From: Candidatus Omnitrophota bacterium | GTDB taxonomy: Bacteria; Omnitrophota; Omnitrophia; Omnitrophales; Aquincolibacteriaceae | Assembly (NCBI GenBank): GCA_022709525.1 | Contig: JAKLIQ010000005.1 | Span: forward strand, 71,966 to 135,965 | Length of the DNA stretch: 64,000 nt | Reading direction: 5' to 3' | In this document: one piece after another, positions 39,090 through 50,098 of the stretch | How positions within the stretch are numbered: the stretch's first letter is position 1 | How the letters are laid out: every line of letters begins with the position of its first letter | Made by a program: the position numbers and the translations under genes | The notes under the pieces: model-generated | Databases searched by the model: none | What the model was told of the DNA's origin: nothing | Seen by the model: the letters and a program-made list of their open reading frames with translations, nothing else

Positions 39090-40172
39090 CTATCTTCTTC
39101 CTCTGGCCGGCGCCTGGATCTTCGAAAGCTGAACGCTCAGTTCGTGGGCATCCACGGCGAACTCAAGCGCTGCGTCATAGCCGATCACGCCTTGGGAATA
39201 GAGTTGTTTTAAGTAATCGTCGAGCATGATCATTCCGAAACGCGACCCCGTCTGCAACTCCGAAAGAATCTGATAAGTTTTGCCTTCCCGGATAAGGTTG
39301 CGGATGGCCGGCGTCGCGAACATGATCTCGAACGCGGCAACGCGCCCTTTCCCGTCCAGTCGCGGGACCAAGACCTGGGAAATGACAGCGACGATCGTCG
39401 CGGCGAGCTGGACCCGGACAAGCGGCTGTTGGTGGGAGGGAAAAACATCGATGATGCGATCGACCGTTCGTGCGGCACCCGTCGTGTGAAGCGTGGAAAA
39501 GACCAAATGGCCCGTTTCCGCGGCGCGGATCGCCGATTCCATGGTCGGAAGATCGCGCATTTCCCCGATCAGGATGACATCCGGGTCCTGCCTTAAGGAT
39601 TTTACGATCGCTTCGGAAAAACTCGGTACGTCCTCGCCCACTTCGCGCTGGGTCACAATGCCTTTTTTATGCGGGTGGACGAATTCAATGGGGTCTTCCG
39701 CCGTAATGAGGTGCTTCGGAAAGGTTTCGTTGATGTAATTGAGCATGGTGGCGAGCGTCGTCGTCTTACCGGAACCGGTGGGGCCGGTCACAAGTACGAG
39801 ACCGCGCGGAAGGTTCAGAGTTTCGATGATCTGCGGCGGCAGGCCGATGTCCTGGAAGGTATAGAACCGGGACGGCAGAAGGCGCAACACCATGGAATAA
39901 TGACCTTGTTGCTTAAAACAGGAAACGCGGAATCTGGCTTTTTCCTTAAATGAAAAACCAAAGTCGATACCGCCGACTTCCTCGATCTTCTTACGCTGGA
40001 CTTCCGTCGTGATCTCCTTCGCCAGCGCCTCTGTATCTTGAGGCACCAAAGGCCTTGAGCCGACCGAGACCAGGCTCCCGACCATGCGGTAGGTCACGGG
40101 CCTTCCCACGGTCAGATGAATGTCCGAAGCTTCTTTTTCAACCGCGCCCAACAAAATATCTTCGATAGCCAT
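39090..40172 (-). CDS. pilT: Type IV pilus retraction ATPase PilT.
   Basis: 360 aa. Walker A GPTGSGKTTT. The AIRNLIREGK motif typical of PilT/PilU. Confidence 0.9.
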   Translation of the reverse strand: MAIEDILLGAVEKEASDIHLTVGRPVTYRMVGSLVSVGSRPLVPQDTEALAKEITTEVQRKKIEEVGGIDFGFSFKEKARFRVSCFKQQGHYSMVLRLLPSRFYTFQDIGLPPQIIETLNLPRGLVLVTGPTGSGKTTTLATMLNYINETFPKHLITAEDPIEFVHPHKKGIVTQREVGEDVPSFSEAIVKSLRQDPDVILIGEMRDLPTMESAIRAAETGHLVFSTLHTTGAARTVDRIIDVFPSHQQPLVRVQLAATIVAVISQVLVPRLDGKGRVAAFEIMFATPAIRNLIREGKTYQILSELQTGSRFGMIMLDDYLKQLYSQGVIGYDAALEFAVDAHELSVQLSKIQAPARGRR

Positions 40173-40186
40173 AGAGAGCTCCTTTG

Positions 40187-40296
40187 CCCCGTTAGAGATG
40201 AACGGGCTTATAATACTTTAAACATACGCCATTAACTAAGCACCCGTTTAAAATTAATTCGATACAAAAATATAAACGATTTTATCTCTAACGGGG
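40187..40296. repeat. ~110-bp element bounded by terminal inverted repeats CCCCGTTAGAG / CTCTAACGGGG (copy B), ending 15 bp upstream of the pilT ATG.
   Basis: Seen directly. Same termini as 29222..29321. Confidence 0.6.
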
Positions 40297-40361
40297 TGAA
40301 AATAAGTTCCTGATCCTAAAACGTTTCTTCCCCCTATTTTCGGCTTTTTAAAGCAAAAACC

Positions 40362-40868
40362 TTAGAAAACCAGTCGCGTGATCCCCCATAGAGCCATAGA
40401 AATAAATCCTGCCAAAAGACAAAGAAGCGGCCATCCTTTCATGGATGAGGGAACCCTCGAAAGAAGCAACTGGTACCGGAGCCCTAAAAAGCAGACCTGG
40501 AAAAATGCGATTCCCAAGCTTATCGCCCAAACCCATGAAAGCGAGGTTAAAAAACCTTCCTGCCTTAAAAGAACCGCAAAGACCGTTACGGCGACACAGA
40601 GGAAAAAAAGATCCGTCTTTTTTTGATAACGGGCAAGAAGGTAGCTCGCGGCCCCGATCCCCAGGAACGCGTACTCGCGGGCAAGGGCTTGGGCCTTCCC
40701 GACCGACGTCCATACGATCCAGAGCGCGACAAGCAGCGCCGTCGTTAAAAAAAAGTCTACGGCTTCGCGCCAAACGCGCCTCAGTCCTTCTTTGGGGTCC
40801 TGCAGAGGCGCGGGTTTTGCGCCCCGCACCGCCAGCAAGAAACCGAACGCGATGATCAAAAAATACAC
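40362..40868 (-). CDS. Hypothetical integral membrane protein (4-5 TM).
   Basis: 168-aa hydrophobic ORF at the 3' end of the bio-rnf operon. No GLCP-type RnfA/E motif. Confidence 0.4.
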   Translation of the reverse strand: MYFLIIAFGFLLAVRGAKPAPLQDPKEGLRRVWREAVDFFLTTALLVALWIVWTSVGKAQALAREYAFLGIGAASYLLARYQKKTDLFFLCVAVTVFAVLLRQEGFLTSLSWVWAISLGIAFFQVCFLGLRYQLLLSRVPSSMKGWPLLCLLAGFISMALWGITRLVF

Positions 40869-40869
40869 G

Positions 40870-41397
40870 TTATCCTCTTTTCTGGTAGGGCTGGTTCTTC
40901 CATAAAAAAGCGATCGCGGCGATCACAAGCAGCGTGCCCGCCGGCTGTTCGAAGATCCCGAGGCCGAGGTCTTTGGCGGCAACATCCTTTACCAAAGCTA
41001 AAAGCGCCGTAAAACCCGCGAAGCCGATCCCCGCCGCGATCCGTTCAAAAGCATAGCGCGGGATCTTTTTTGAAAAAATACGCACGGGGTCCGTGCTTGC
41101 GCGATCGTCAAAAAAAGGTGAGGGGGTCAGAAAAAAAACGCTCAGGATCCAAAAAGGCGGCAGTTTCGTTACCGCCCAAACCGCCTGCCCCCAAACGATC
41201 AGCCAAAGAAAAAAAGCGTGTTTGAGGACCGGCCGGAAGAAAAACCGGCGGGTCAGCCAGAAAAAAAGGACGCTCCCCCAGAAGAACAGAACGATCCAGG
41301 CCGCGGCCACGCAGCTTCTAAAAAAACCGTATGGGTAGACCATCAACGGCAGGTAGGCCAAAAGGACTCGTGAAAAGAACCGTTCGGGCAGTTTCAT
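40870..41397 (-). CDS. Hypothetical integral membrane protein (4-5 TM).
   Basis: 175-aa hydrophobic ORF. It starts 2 bp after the previous gene's end. Confidence 0.4.
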   Translation of the reverse strand: MKLPERFFSRVLLAYLPLMVYPYGFFRSCVAAAWIVLFFWGSVLFFWLTRRFFFRPVLKHAFFLWLIVWGQAVWAVTKLPPFWILSVFFLTPSPFFDDRASTDPVRIFSKKIPRYAFERIAAGIGFAGFTALLALVKDVAAKDLGLGIFEQPAGTLLVIAAIAFLWKNQPYQKRG

Positions 41398-41512
41398 TGT
41401 TTTGAAGTCCTTATTTCAGCGCCTTAAAAGTTCGGCCACATAGAGAATGCCGGCGAGAAGGCATAGAAAGAAGATCAGGAAGAGGCCTTTCAGCGCCGCA
41501 ATGGCTGCTTTT

Positions 41513-42376
41513 TTAATGTTCATAGGGATAAGTCGCTTGGATCAGGTTCTTTGCCCTGTAAGGAGCCGGCTTAAAGCCCGCGTCGAGCCAGGGCGTTAGA
41601 AGATTCATGAAAAGAACGGCGTATCCGGCGCTTGCGATCGAAAAGCCGCCGGGATCAAGCCGGGAACTTAAAAGCGCCGCGCCGAGAACAAAAAACGCCG
41701 CGCCTTTTTTTGTCAGCGGCATGCCGGAAGGATCGGCCAAAAGAAAAAAGGCGGTAAAGAGAACACCGCTAAAAAACATGAGGGGCGTTGCTTCCCCTCC
41801 GAATAGCGCTTCACAGAAAAAACATGCCGCCATAAAAAGAAGCGGTGTTTCCCACCGGCCCTGCTTTGAATCAAAAAAAATGCCTGCGCTGAGAAGCAAA
41901 GCGGCAAACGTCCAGACGCTACTCTCCCCGGCAAAAAGCGCCGGCTCGACCATGACCCCCGGAAAACAGATCTGTAAAAAGACCCTTGAAAGCAAGAGAG
42001 GATGGAACGGGCAGGCGCCTGTTCCGCCAAAAAGTTCCCTGGCCCCCACGACCGCCAGGAACATCCCGAGCACAACAAGCTCCGAGGGGCATCGCGAAGG
42101 CAGAAGGAGCGAAAAAACCGAGGCCATGAAAACAATTTCGCCTGTTTGAAGCCTTTCTTTTTTTCCGAAGATTTTCGCCGAAAGAAAGTCGAACGCGACT
42201 CCGCTTACCAGAGAGATCAGAAGCGTCCGCAAAACCTCCGCGTGTCCGGTCAAGCAAGCCGCCAGGAACAAAGGTATGAGCGCGAGCGTTTGCCTCCCAT
42301 AGCGCCGGGAGAGACTGTTTTGGGAATGGATGTAAGGAGAAATTGTTTGTCCGGAAGAAGTTTTTAGATCAACCAT
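41513..42376 (-). CDS. rnfD: RnfD/NqrB-family membrane subunit (short form).
   Basis: 287 aa. [36 protein letters not shown] aligns with E. coli RsxD [39 protein letters not shown] vs [25 protein letters not shown] vs FFILTDPVTASTT. Confidence 0.7.
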   Translation of the reverse strand: [287 protein letters not shown]

Positions 42377-43655
42377 GGGCCGCCACCTGCCTCATATGGC
42401 CTTTGGCCAAATGGATCAGCTCCAGCATCGGACGGTTGGAAGGGCAAATATAGGCGCAGTTGCCGCATTCGATGCAATCCGCGGCATCCCACGCCCCGGC
42501 GATCCCGAATTCTTTTTGTTCCGCCGCGAGCGTGATCGTCGCCGGCGAAAGCGAGACCGGGCAATGATCCACGCAAAGACCGCACCGGATGCACGGCTCT
42601 TCTTTACCTTTTTTGACGACCTCTTTGGGTAATGCCAAAATGGCGCTTGTGCCCGCTGTCACGAAGGATTCTCCGGTTTTTTTCTCCGCCCCGGCCATGG
42701 GGCCGCCCATCAGGACTTTTTCCGGTTCGCGCATGACGCCTTTGCACGCGCGGATCGCGTCCTGAAAAGAAACGCCTAAAGGAAGCCACAGGCTGCGCGG
42801 TTCCACCACACATTCGCCGCCGACGGTTACGACCCTTTCATAAAAAGGTTTTTGGAGCGCAACGGCTTCATAGGCCGCGAACGCCGTGGATGCCGGAAAA
42901 ACCACCGCCTCGTCTTCCTTCCCACGGGACCACGCCTGAAGCAATGTGCTTTCGAGGCCTTGCGGGTAGATCGCCGGCACGGTCCGGACTTCGGCTTGTT
43001 CCCATTTTAAAAAATAGATCTTACTTTTGATAAGTTCGATCGTTTCAAGATTGGTGTCTTCGAACGCGAAAACGATCCTTGCCGCGCCACAGGCCTTTCT
43101 GAGGATCTCCGCACCTCGAAGAACCTCGACGGGATGAGACATGATGAGGACCTGCTCACAGGTAAGGTAGGGCTCGGGTTCGCAACCATTGATGATAACG
43201 CTTCGCGCGCTGACGTGACGCTGGATCTTCACATGAACGGGTTCTTCTCCGGGGTTGGTCATCACAAGCCCCGAATTGCGGAAGATCTTAAGAAGTTCTT
43301 CGGAATCGATCCCCTCCCACCCTTTGCGCGGGTCCGGAGCCGGAACCGTTTTAGGTTCTCCCTGCCGCCGGATCCCGATGGCGGAAATCTCGCGGTTGCG
43401 ACCGTTTTCGAGTATGCCGGTCTTCTCGACAACGCCCGCGATACCGGCATGAACGCTCACGCCTTTGGGTCCCTCCGGCTTCGCGATCATTTGCCCGGCC
43501 TGAACGGCGTCTCCCGCCCGGACACAGGGCAAGGAGGCCAGAGAAAGGGGGATGCTTATTTTTTCGGGAGGCAAGGGACGCTTGAGGTTCCAGTTCAGGA
43601 GGCTGGCCTCTTTTTTTCTTTCGAGACGAACGCCGGTCGGTTTGCGTATTTGCAA
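42369..43655 (-). CDS. rnfC: RnfC/NqrA-like subunit with two C-terminal 4Fe-4S ferredoxin motifs.
   Basis: The in-frame region downstream of the bioD stop aligns with E. coli RsxC: ASLLNWNLKRPLPPEKIS vs NKIWDFNGGIHPPEMKT. VIINGCEPEPYLTCEQVLI vs LIINAAECEPYITADDRLM. CIRCGLCVDHCPV and CIECGNCAYICPSNRP vs CIRCSACADACPA and CIECGACAWVCPSNIP. The listed 713-aa ORF's first ~280 codons overlap bioD in another frame and are spurious. The start is probably TTG 43655 (preceded by AAGGAA), overlapping the bioD 3' end. Confidence 0.7.
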   Translation of the reverse strand: MQIRKPTGVRLERKKEASLLNWNLKRPLPPEKISIPLSLASLPCVRAGDAVQAGQMIAKPEGPKGVSVHAGIAGVVEKTGILENGRNREISAIGIRRQGEPKTVPAPDPRKGWEGIDSEELLKIFRNSGLVMTNPGEEPVHVKIQRHVSARSVIINGCEPEPYLTCEQVLIMSHPVEVLRGAEILRKACGAARIVFAFEDTNLETIELIKSKIYFLKWEQAEVRTVPAIYPQGLESTLLQAWSRGKEDEAVVFPASTAFAAYEAVALQKPFYERVVTVGGECVVEPRSLWLPLGVSFQDAIRACKGVMREPEKVLMGGPMAGAEKKTGESFVTAGTSAILALPKEVVKKGKEEPCIRCGLCVDHCPVSLSPATITLAAEQKEFGIAGAWDAADCIECGNCAYICPSNRPMLELIHLAKGHMRQVAAHG

Positions 43656-43672
43656 AGGCGTTTCCTTTCGGA

Positions 43673-44518
<846 letters not shown>

Positions 44519-45868
44519 TTATTTTTTCGTGGTTTCTTCGATTGATTCATAAGTAATTTCCAGCAGTTTATTCAGCTCCCGTTCACTCATCGCTAAAGGC
44601 GGCATCAGCACGATCACGGGGCCCAAGGGCCGCAGAATCGCTCCTTTTTTTCTCGCCCGCTCGATCACGCGAACACCGATTTTTTCTTCGGGCTTAAAAG
44701 ATCCTTTCGTCTTTTTGTCGCGCACAAGCTCGATCCCGACCATGGTCCCGCACTGCCGGATATCGCCGACCGATTTCAGCCGATGAAAATCCTTCAGGCG
44801 GTCCCGCATCAGCCGGATCTTCGGCTGAAGTTTTTCCAGCGTTCTGTCTTTACGGAAAAGATCGATTGTCGCGTTCGCGGCAGCACAGGCTAACGGGTTC
44901 GCGGTATAAGTGTGGCCGTGAAAAAATGTTTTAAATTCTTCGTGACGGCCCAGGAACGCTTCGTAGACCTCTTCGGTCGTCAGCGTCGCGGCGAGCGGCA
45001 AATAACCGCCCGTCATGCCTTTGGCGACCGCCATGATATCCGGCGTTACGTTCTCATGGTCTGCCGCAAACATCTTTCCCGTGCGGCCGAACCCTGTCGC
45101 GACCTCATCAAAGATCAGAAGGATATTATACTTTCGGGTCAATTCCCTGGCACGGGAAATGTATTCGGCGGGCTGGTCGATCATGCCGGCGGCGCCTTGC
45201 ATGAGGGGCTCCATCACGAGCGCGGCGATCTCTTCGTGATGTTCGCGCAAAACTTTTTCCATGGCTTCGAGCGATTCTTTTTTGACTTTTCCCGGGTCGT
45301 CGCCCGTAGGCCATCGGTAGCGGTAAGGCGACGGCATCTCAAAAGTGTCAAAAAGAAGCGGTTTATAGATCTGATGAAAAAGGTCGACCCCGCCGACGCT
45401 CACGGAGCCCAGCGTGTCGCCGTGATAAGCGTTCGTGAGTTTGGCGAAACGCTTTTTTTTCGTATTGCCCCGCTGCTGCCAGTACTGGAACGCCATTTTA
45501 AGCGCGACCTCAACGGCTTCGGAGCCGGAATCGGAATAAAAAACGCGAGCGAGTCCCTTAGGCGAGATCTGAATGAGTTTTTCCGCAAGCTCAATGGCGG
45601 CGGGATGGGTCAAGCCGAGGAAAGTCGTGTGCGCGATCTTTCCGAGCTGCTTTTTGACGGCCCGGTCGATCGCTTTCACGCGGTGCCCGAACACATTGCA
45701 CCAAAGCGACGACACGCCGTCCAGATATTTCCGGCCGGTCGTATCATAAAGGTAAGAGCCCTTCCCTTTTTCGATGACCAGGACTTCTTCGGATTGCCAG
45801 TCACGCATCTGCGTGAAAGGATGCCAGATATATTTCTTATCTTTGGAGATGAGTTTTTTTGCGTCCAT
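44519..45868 (-). CDS. bioA: Adenosylmethionine-8-amino-7-oxononanoate aminotransferase.
   Basis: 449 aa. Class III aminotransferase signatures, LIFDEVATGFGRTG. Confidence 0.9.
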   Translation of the reverse strand: MDAKKLISKDKKYIWHPFTQMRDWQSEEVLVIEKGKGSYLYDTTGRKYLDGVSSLWCNVFGHRVKAIDRAVKKQLGKIAHTTFLGLTHPAAIELAEKLIQISPKGLARVFYSDSGSEAVEVALKMAFQYWQQRGNTKKKRFAKLTNAYHGDTLGSVSVGGVDLFHQIYKPLLFDTFEMPSPYRYRWPTGDDPGKVKKESLEAMEKVLREHHEEIAALVMEPLMQGAAGMIDQPAEYISRARELTRKYNILLIFDEVATGFGRTGKMFAADHENVTPDIMAVAKGMTGGYLPLAATLTTEEVYEAFLGRHEEFKTFFHGHTYTANPLACAAANATIDLFRKDRTLEKLQPKIRLMRDRLKDFHRLKSVGDIRQCGTMVGIELVRDKKTKGSFKPEEKIGVRVIERARKKGAILRPLGPVIVLMPPLAMSERELNKLLEITYESIEETTKK

Positions 45869-45871
45869 TCC

Positions 45872-47053
45872 TTAGCTTTTTTCCATTTTTATTTTTTTGA
45901 ACGCCGCAAAAAGACCTTGGATGTCTTTTTCCGTATGCGCGGCGGAGACGGTGATGCGGAGGCGGGCTTTGCCTCTAGGAACGGTCGGATAGCGAATGGC
46001 GGGAATAAAAATCCCCAGGGCGAGCAGTTTTTCGAACGCTTCCATCGCTTTTTTTTCGTCGCCAAGGATCACGGGCAGAACCGCGGATTCGGGCTCCGCG
46101 AGCCGGAACCCGAGCTTCGTAAGCCTTTGATGGACTTCGCGGATATTCGCCCAGAGTTTTTTAACAAGCGCCGGCTCTTCTTCGATCACGCAGAAAGCTT
46201 CGTGTGCGGATTCGCAAAGGACGGGCGGGAGGGCCGTTGCAAAAAGGAACGGCCGGGCAAAATTGGTCAAATAGCCGATCAGGTCTTTATCTGCCGCCAC
46301 GAACCCGCCGAGCCCCCCAATGGCTTTGGAAAGCGTTCCCATGATGATGTCGATGCTTTTTGAAAAAAGAGTGGTGGCTCCGGAACCATTTTTGCCGAAT
46401 ACACCTGTGCCGTGCGCATCGTCCACGATGAGAAACGCGCCGTATTTTTTTTTAAGGCGCGCCAGCTCTTTAAGGTCTGCCCGATCGCCGTCCATCCCGA
46501 AAACGTTTTCCGTGACAAGAAGTTTCCGCCGCGCCGTGCATTTTTTCAGGAGCTCTTCGCATTTTTCATAATTTTTGTGAGGAAAAACGCGGATCTCGGC
46601 CCCGGAAAGCCTCGCCCCGTCGATCAGTGAGGCGTGGCAGAGTTTGTCCATGATAATGACGTCCCCTTTTCCGGCAAAAACCGTCAAAATGCCGAGATTG
46701 GCAAGAAATCCCGCCGCAAACACAAGCGCGCTTTCCTTTTGTTTGAAGGCCGCGATCTTTTTTTCGAGCTTCGCGTGCGCGTCCGTAGTTCCGGCGATCA
46801 GCCGCGCGGAACGCGCGCCGACCCCGTAGCGGTCAATCGCTTGATGGGCCGCCGCGAGGACGCGCGGGTGGCGGCTTAAGCCGAGATAATCGTTCCCGCA
46901 AAAAAGAAGGAGCTCTCGCCCTTCGAAGGACGCGCGCGTGCCGCGATGGTTCTCAAGGACGCGGAGTTTCCGGTAGAGGTTTTTTTTCTGAAGCTCTTTG
47001 AGTTCTTTTTGATATTCGCTTTTCATGTCCTTCCCCCTCACCCCTGTACACAC
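45872..47053 (-). CDS. bioF: 8-amino-7-oxononanoate synthase.
   Basis: 393 aa. Class II aminotransferase (GTLSKAIGGLGG PLP-Lys region). Confidence 0.88.
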   Translation of the reverse strand: MCTGVRGKDMKSEYQKELKELQKKNLYRKLRVLENHRGTRASFEGRELLLFCGNDYLGLSRHPRVLAAAHQAIDRYGVGARSARLIAGTTDAHAKLEKKIAAFKQKESALVFAAGFLANLGILTVFAGKGDVIIMDKLCHASLIDGARLSGAEIRVFPHKNYEKCEELLKKCTARRKLLVTENVFGMDGDRADLKELARLKKKYGAFLIVDDAHGTGVFGKNGSGATTLFSKSIDIIMGTLSKAIGGLGGFVAADKDLIGYLTNFARPFLFATALPPVLCESAHEAFCVIEEEPALVKKLWANIREVHQRLTKLGFRLAEPESAVLPVILGDEKKAMEAFEKLLALGIFIPAIRYPTVPRGKARLRITVSAAHTEKDIQGLFAAFKKIKMEKS

Positions 47054-47068
47054 CGGGTGTGTACAGGG

Positions 47069-48274
47069 TTAAATCTTTCGTAAAAGAACCGCGGCGACTT
47101 GGCCGCCGAATCCCATGGAAACCTTGATCGCGTTCCCGATCGTGGCGGACCGTGCTTTTCCCGGCGTATAGTCAAGATCGCATGCCGGTTCTTTTTCCTC
47201 GAGCCCTACGGTCGGCGGGATAAAGCCCTCTTTTATGCCCAGAAGCGTCGCGATGATCTCGACCGCGCCGGTCGCGCCGAGCACATGCCCTGTCGCGCCT
47301 TTGGTTGAACTCATGGGGATCTTATAAGCGTCTTGGCCAAGCGCCTCTTTCAGTTCCAGCGTTTCATAAAGATCGCCGTGTTTCGTCCCGGTCCCGTGAA
47401 GGTTGATATAGTCGATCTCTTTAGCGGTAAGCCCTGTTTTTTCCATTAAAAGTTTCAGCGTGGAAGAGAGGGCGTGCTCCTCGAAGTCAAAATGGATCGG
47501 CTGTTTACTGTCCTGCCCGTAGGCGGCCTCGCTGATCTCGCCATAAATCCTCGCCCCGCGCGCCTTCGCGCTTTCCAGCGTTTCAAGAAAGACCACGCCG
47601 GCGCCTTCGCCGATAAGGAATCCGTCGCGGCGCTTATCGAACGGGCGGAGGTCCCGGGACGCAAGCGCCTTCATATTTTGATAACCGCCCAGCATAAGAG
47701 GCGTCATAGAGGCATCGGTCGCCCCGGCAAGGCAATATTCGGCTTGACCTTCCGAGACCATGCGGAACCCTTGAATGATAGCCACTGTCCCTGTCGCGCA
47801 CGCCGCCACATAACATTTAGCGGGCCCCTGGATCTTCAGGCGACGCGCGATCCACTGATCGGCAAAATTCGGCACCGCGCTTGTATACATCCGGGCGCCT
47901 AAAATGGCGCTTGGGTTTTTCAACAGGCGGCCCTTGAAACGGTCGAGACTGTGAACGCCGCCTTTGCTTGAACTCACGGAGAGTGAAATACTGTAAGGAT
48001 CCGCGGCCGAAAGATCAAAGCGGGCATCCGTAACGGCCTGTTCCGCGGCGGCCACGGCATATTGGATGAAAGGGTCAAGAAGGTGCGTCTTGTAAGCTCT
48101 CGGGTCAAATTTTTTGAGAGGAAAGATCGGGGGAAACTCGTAACCCCCCACGATGGAATGCTCTTCTTTTTCTTTGCCACAAATGCCGGCTTTGAGATTT
48201 TGAGAAAATTCGGCGACCGTATTTCCAATCGAGGAAAGGATCCCAATACCCGTCACTACCACCCGTCGTTTCAT
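47069..48274 (-). CDS. Beta-ketoacyl-ACP synthase (FabF/FabB-like) embedded in the bio operon.
   Basis: 401 aa. VVTGIGILSS. Active-site region CYVAACATGTVAI. HGTGT. Confidence 0.85.
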   Translation of the reverse strand: MKRRVVVTGIGILSSIGNTVAEFSQNLKAGICGKEKEEHSIVGGYEFPPIFPLKKFDPRAYKTHLLDPFIQYAVAAAEQAVTDARFDLSAADPYSISLSVSSSKGGVHSLDRFKGRLLKNPSAILGARMYTSAVPNFADQWIARRLKIQGPAKCYVAACATGTVAIIQGFRMVSEGQAEYCLAGATDASMTPLMLGGYQNMKALASRDLRPFDKRRDGFLIGEGAGVVFLETLESAKARGARIYGEISEAAYGQDSKQPIHFDFEEHALSSTLKLLMEKTGLTAKEIDYINLHGTGTKHGDLYETLELKEALGQDAYKIPMSSTKGATGHVLGATGAVEIIATLLGIKEGFIPPTVGLEEKEPACDLDYTPGKARSATIGNAIKVSMGFGGQVAAVLLRKI

Positions 48275-48319
48275 TTTTTTGATAGCCCCTCCAGGATGCG
48301 AACAGAGAGGGATTTTACC

Positions 48320-49048
48320 CTAGAAAAGCCGGGATTCAAAATGAAAGACTTGTCCGGTGACCTGGCGCATCCGGTCGGAGGAAAGAAAAACGAGGAAATC
48401 CGCGACTTCCGAGGGATCCGAAAAAGCCTTGAGCGGACTGATCGCAAGATTCTTTTGTAAAATCTCTTCGGGCACCTTTTCCGTAATGGAAGAACGCATA
48501 AATCCCGGGTTCACGGCGTTCACGAGGATCTTTTTGCGGCCCAATTCTTTAGCGAGCGTTTTGGTCATGGCGATCAAGCCGCCCTTGGCCGCGGCATAGT
48601 TCGCGGCTCCGGCGAGCCCGTTCAGGCCCGCAATGCTGACGATATGAAAGACTTTGCTGGGCGCGCTCCGGAGCAATAAAGGAAGCAGCCGCTTGGTAAG
48701 GTAGAAGGGGGCTTTCAGATCGACTTTAAGGACTTTGTCCCACTGCTCTTCGGACATTCTTTCGATCAAAGCGTCGGCGGTCGCAACGGCATTGTGGATC
48801 AGGACATCCAACCGGCCGGTTTTTTTCTCCACTCCCGCCGCAAACTCTTCGATGGCCCGCGTATCGGCAAGATCTAAAACAGATCCTTCGCTGCCGGCCG
48901 CTTCGAGTTCTCGCGCTTTTTCGGCGGATTTGAGATAAGTAAAAAGAACGCGCGCGCCGGCTGAAATAGCTTTCCGCACAAAGGCCTGTCCGAGGACTCC
49001 GGTGCCGCCCGTGATTAAAATGGTTTTATCTTTAAGAGTTGTTTCCAA
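48320..49048 (-). CDS. 3-oxoacyl-ACP reductase-like SDR (FabG-like) embedded in the bio operon.
   Basis: 242 aa. TGGTGVLG Rossmann motif. NAV...S..Y...K catalytic pattern. Confidence 0.85.
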   Translation of the reverse strand: METTLKDKTILITGGTGVLGQAFVRKAISAGARVLFTYLKSAEKARELEAAGSEGSVLDLADTRAIEEFAAGVEKKTGRLDVLIHNAVATADALIERMSEEQWDKVLKVDLKAPFYLTKRLLPLLLRSAPSKVFHIVSIAGLNGLAGAANYAAAKGGLIAMTKTLAKELGRKKILVNAVNPGFMRSSITEKVPEEILQKNLAISPLKAFSDPSEVADFLVFLSSDRMRQVTGQVFHFESRLF

Positions 49049-49051
49049 GGA

Positions 49052-50074
49052 TTACCGGGCAGGACCGCAAACGCTGTCTGCGGCGGGAGTTGCGGCTTCG
49101 ACGGAAAAACCGGCATTCCGGAGCATGCCCAAGTCTTCCCGGACCGGATTGCCGGTCGTGGTGAGATAGCCCCCCACCACAAATCCGTTCACGCCGCCGC
49201 GAAGCGCTTTTTCCTGGAAATAAACTCCGAGATTAAGCTCCCTGCCGCCCGCGAGTTTGATATTGACGCGGGGATGGATCAAGCGGAAGATCGCGATCGT
49301 TTTCACGATCTCGGCGGGATCGACGGGCGGCCGGTCTTCAAGCGGTGTTCCCGGGCGCGGGTTCAAGATGTTGATAGGAAGACAGCGCGGGCTAAAGGGT
49401 TTGAGCTCGAACGCGAGCCTGATGCGGTCTTCGCGCGTCTCCCCCATTCCGAAAATACCGCCCGAACAGACCTCAACGTCATTTTCATTTAAAAATTTGA
49501 GCGTTTCCATGCGTTCATCATAAGTGTGTGTGGAAACGATCTCCGGATAGAATTCCCGCGAACACTGCAGATTATGGTTAAAGCGCCGCATGCCCGCGCC
49601 CCGGAGCTTTCGGATCTGTTCGGCCGTCAGATTCCCCAGCGATCCGTCCAAGCGAAGATTTGTTTTTTCGCTTAAAAGGCGGAAGGTGGCGAGGACCTGC
49701 TCAAATTCGGAATGATCCAGGGTTTCGCCGCTTGTCACGACACAAAAGCTTTTGACGCCGGCCGCTTCGCTTTGCCGCGCGGCTTCCAGAACTTCTTCGG
49801 GCTTCATGAGCGGGTAGCGTTTGACGCCGGTTTTATAGTGGGAAGATTGGGAACAAAAACCGCAGTCCTCGGAACAAAGATAACTTTTTGCGTTCACGAG
49901 CGAGCAAAGGTCCGGCTGTGAGGGGCAGAATTTTTGGGTCACTGCGTGAGCGGCTTCCAAGAGAAGGTCTGTCGTGGGAATATCTTCGATGGAGGCCAAG
50001 CGGAGGGCCTCGTCGTAGGTGATCTCTCCCCCCGAAAGGACCCTGGACTGCAGCGCTTGGATGAGTTTTTTCAT
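49052..50074 (-). CDS. bioB: Biotin synthase (radical SAM).
   Basis: 340 aa. CSEDCGFCSQS (CxxxCxxC). Aligns along its length with E. coli BioB (CSGGI.G.GET). Confidence 0.9.
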   Translation of the reverse strand: MKKLIQALQSRVLSGGEITYDEALRLASIEDIPTTDLLLEAAHAVTQKFCPSQPDLCSLVNAKSYLCSEDCGFCSQSSHYKTGVKRYPLMKPEEVLEAARQSEAAGVKSFCVVTSGETLDHSEFEQVLATFRLLSEKTNLRLDGSLGNLTAEQIRKLRGAGMRRFNHNLQCSREFYPEIVSTHTYDERMETLKFLNENDVEVCSGGIFGMGETREDRIRLAFELKPFSPRCLPINILNPRPGTPLEDRPPVDPAEIVKTIAIFRLIHPRVNIKLAGGRELNLGVYFQEKALRGGVNGFVVGGYLTTTGNPVREDLGMLRNAGFSVEAATPAADSVCGPAR

Positions 50075-50098
50075 GTCCGGACCCGGCTGCCGGAACTG

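Noticed and set aside
44912-46363. 483-aa plus-strand ORF
   Set aside because: Antisense to bioA/bioF, which have clear aminotransferase signatures. Arg/Gly-rich translation typical of shadow ORFs in high-GC DNA.
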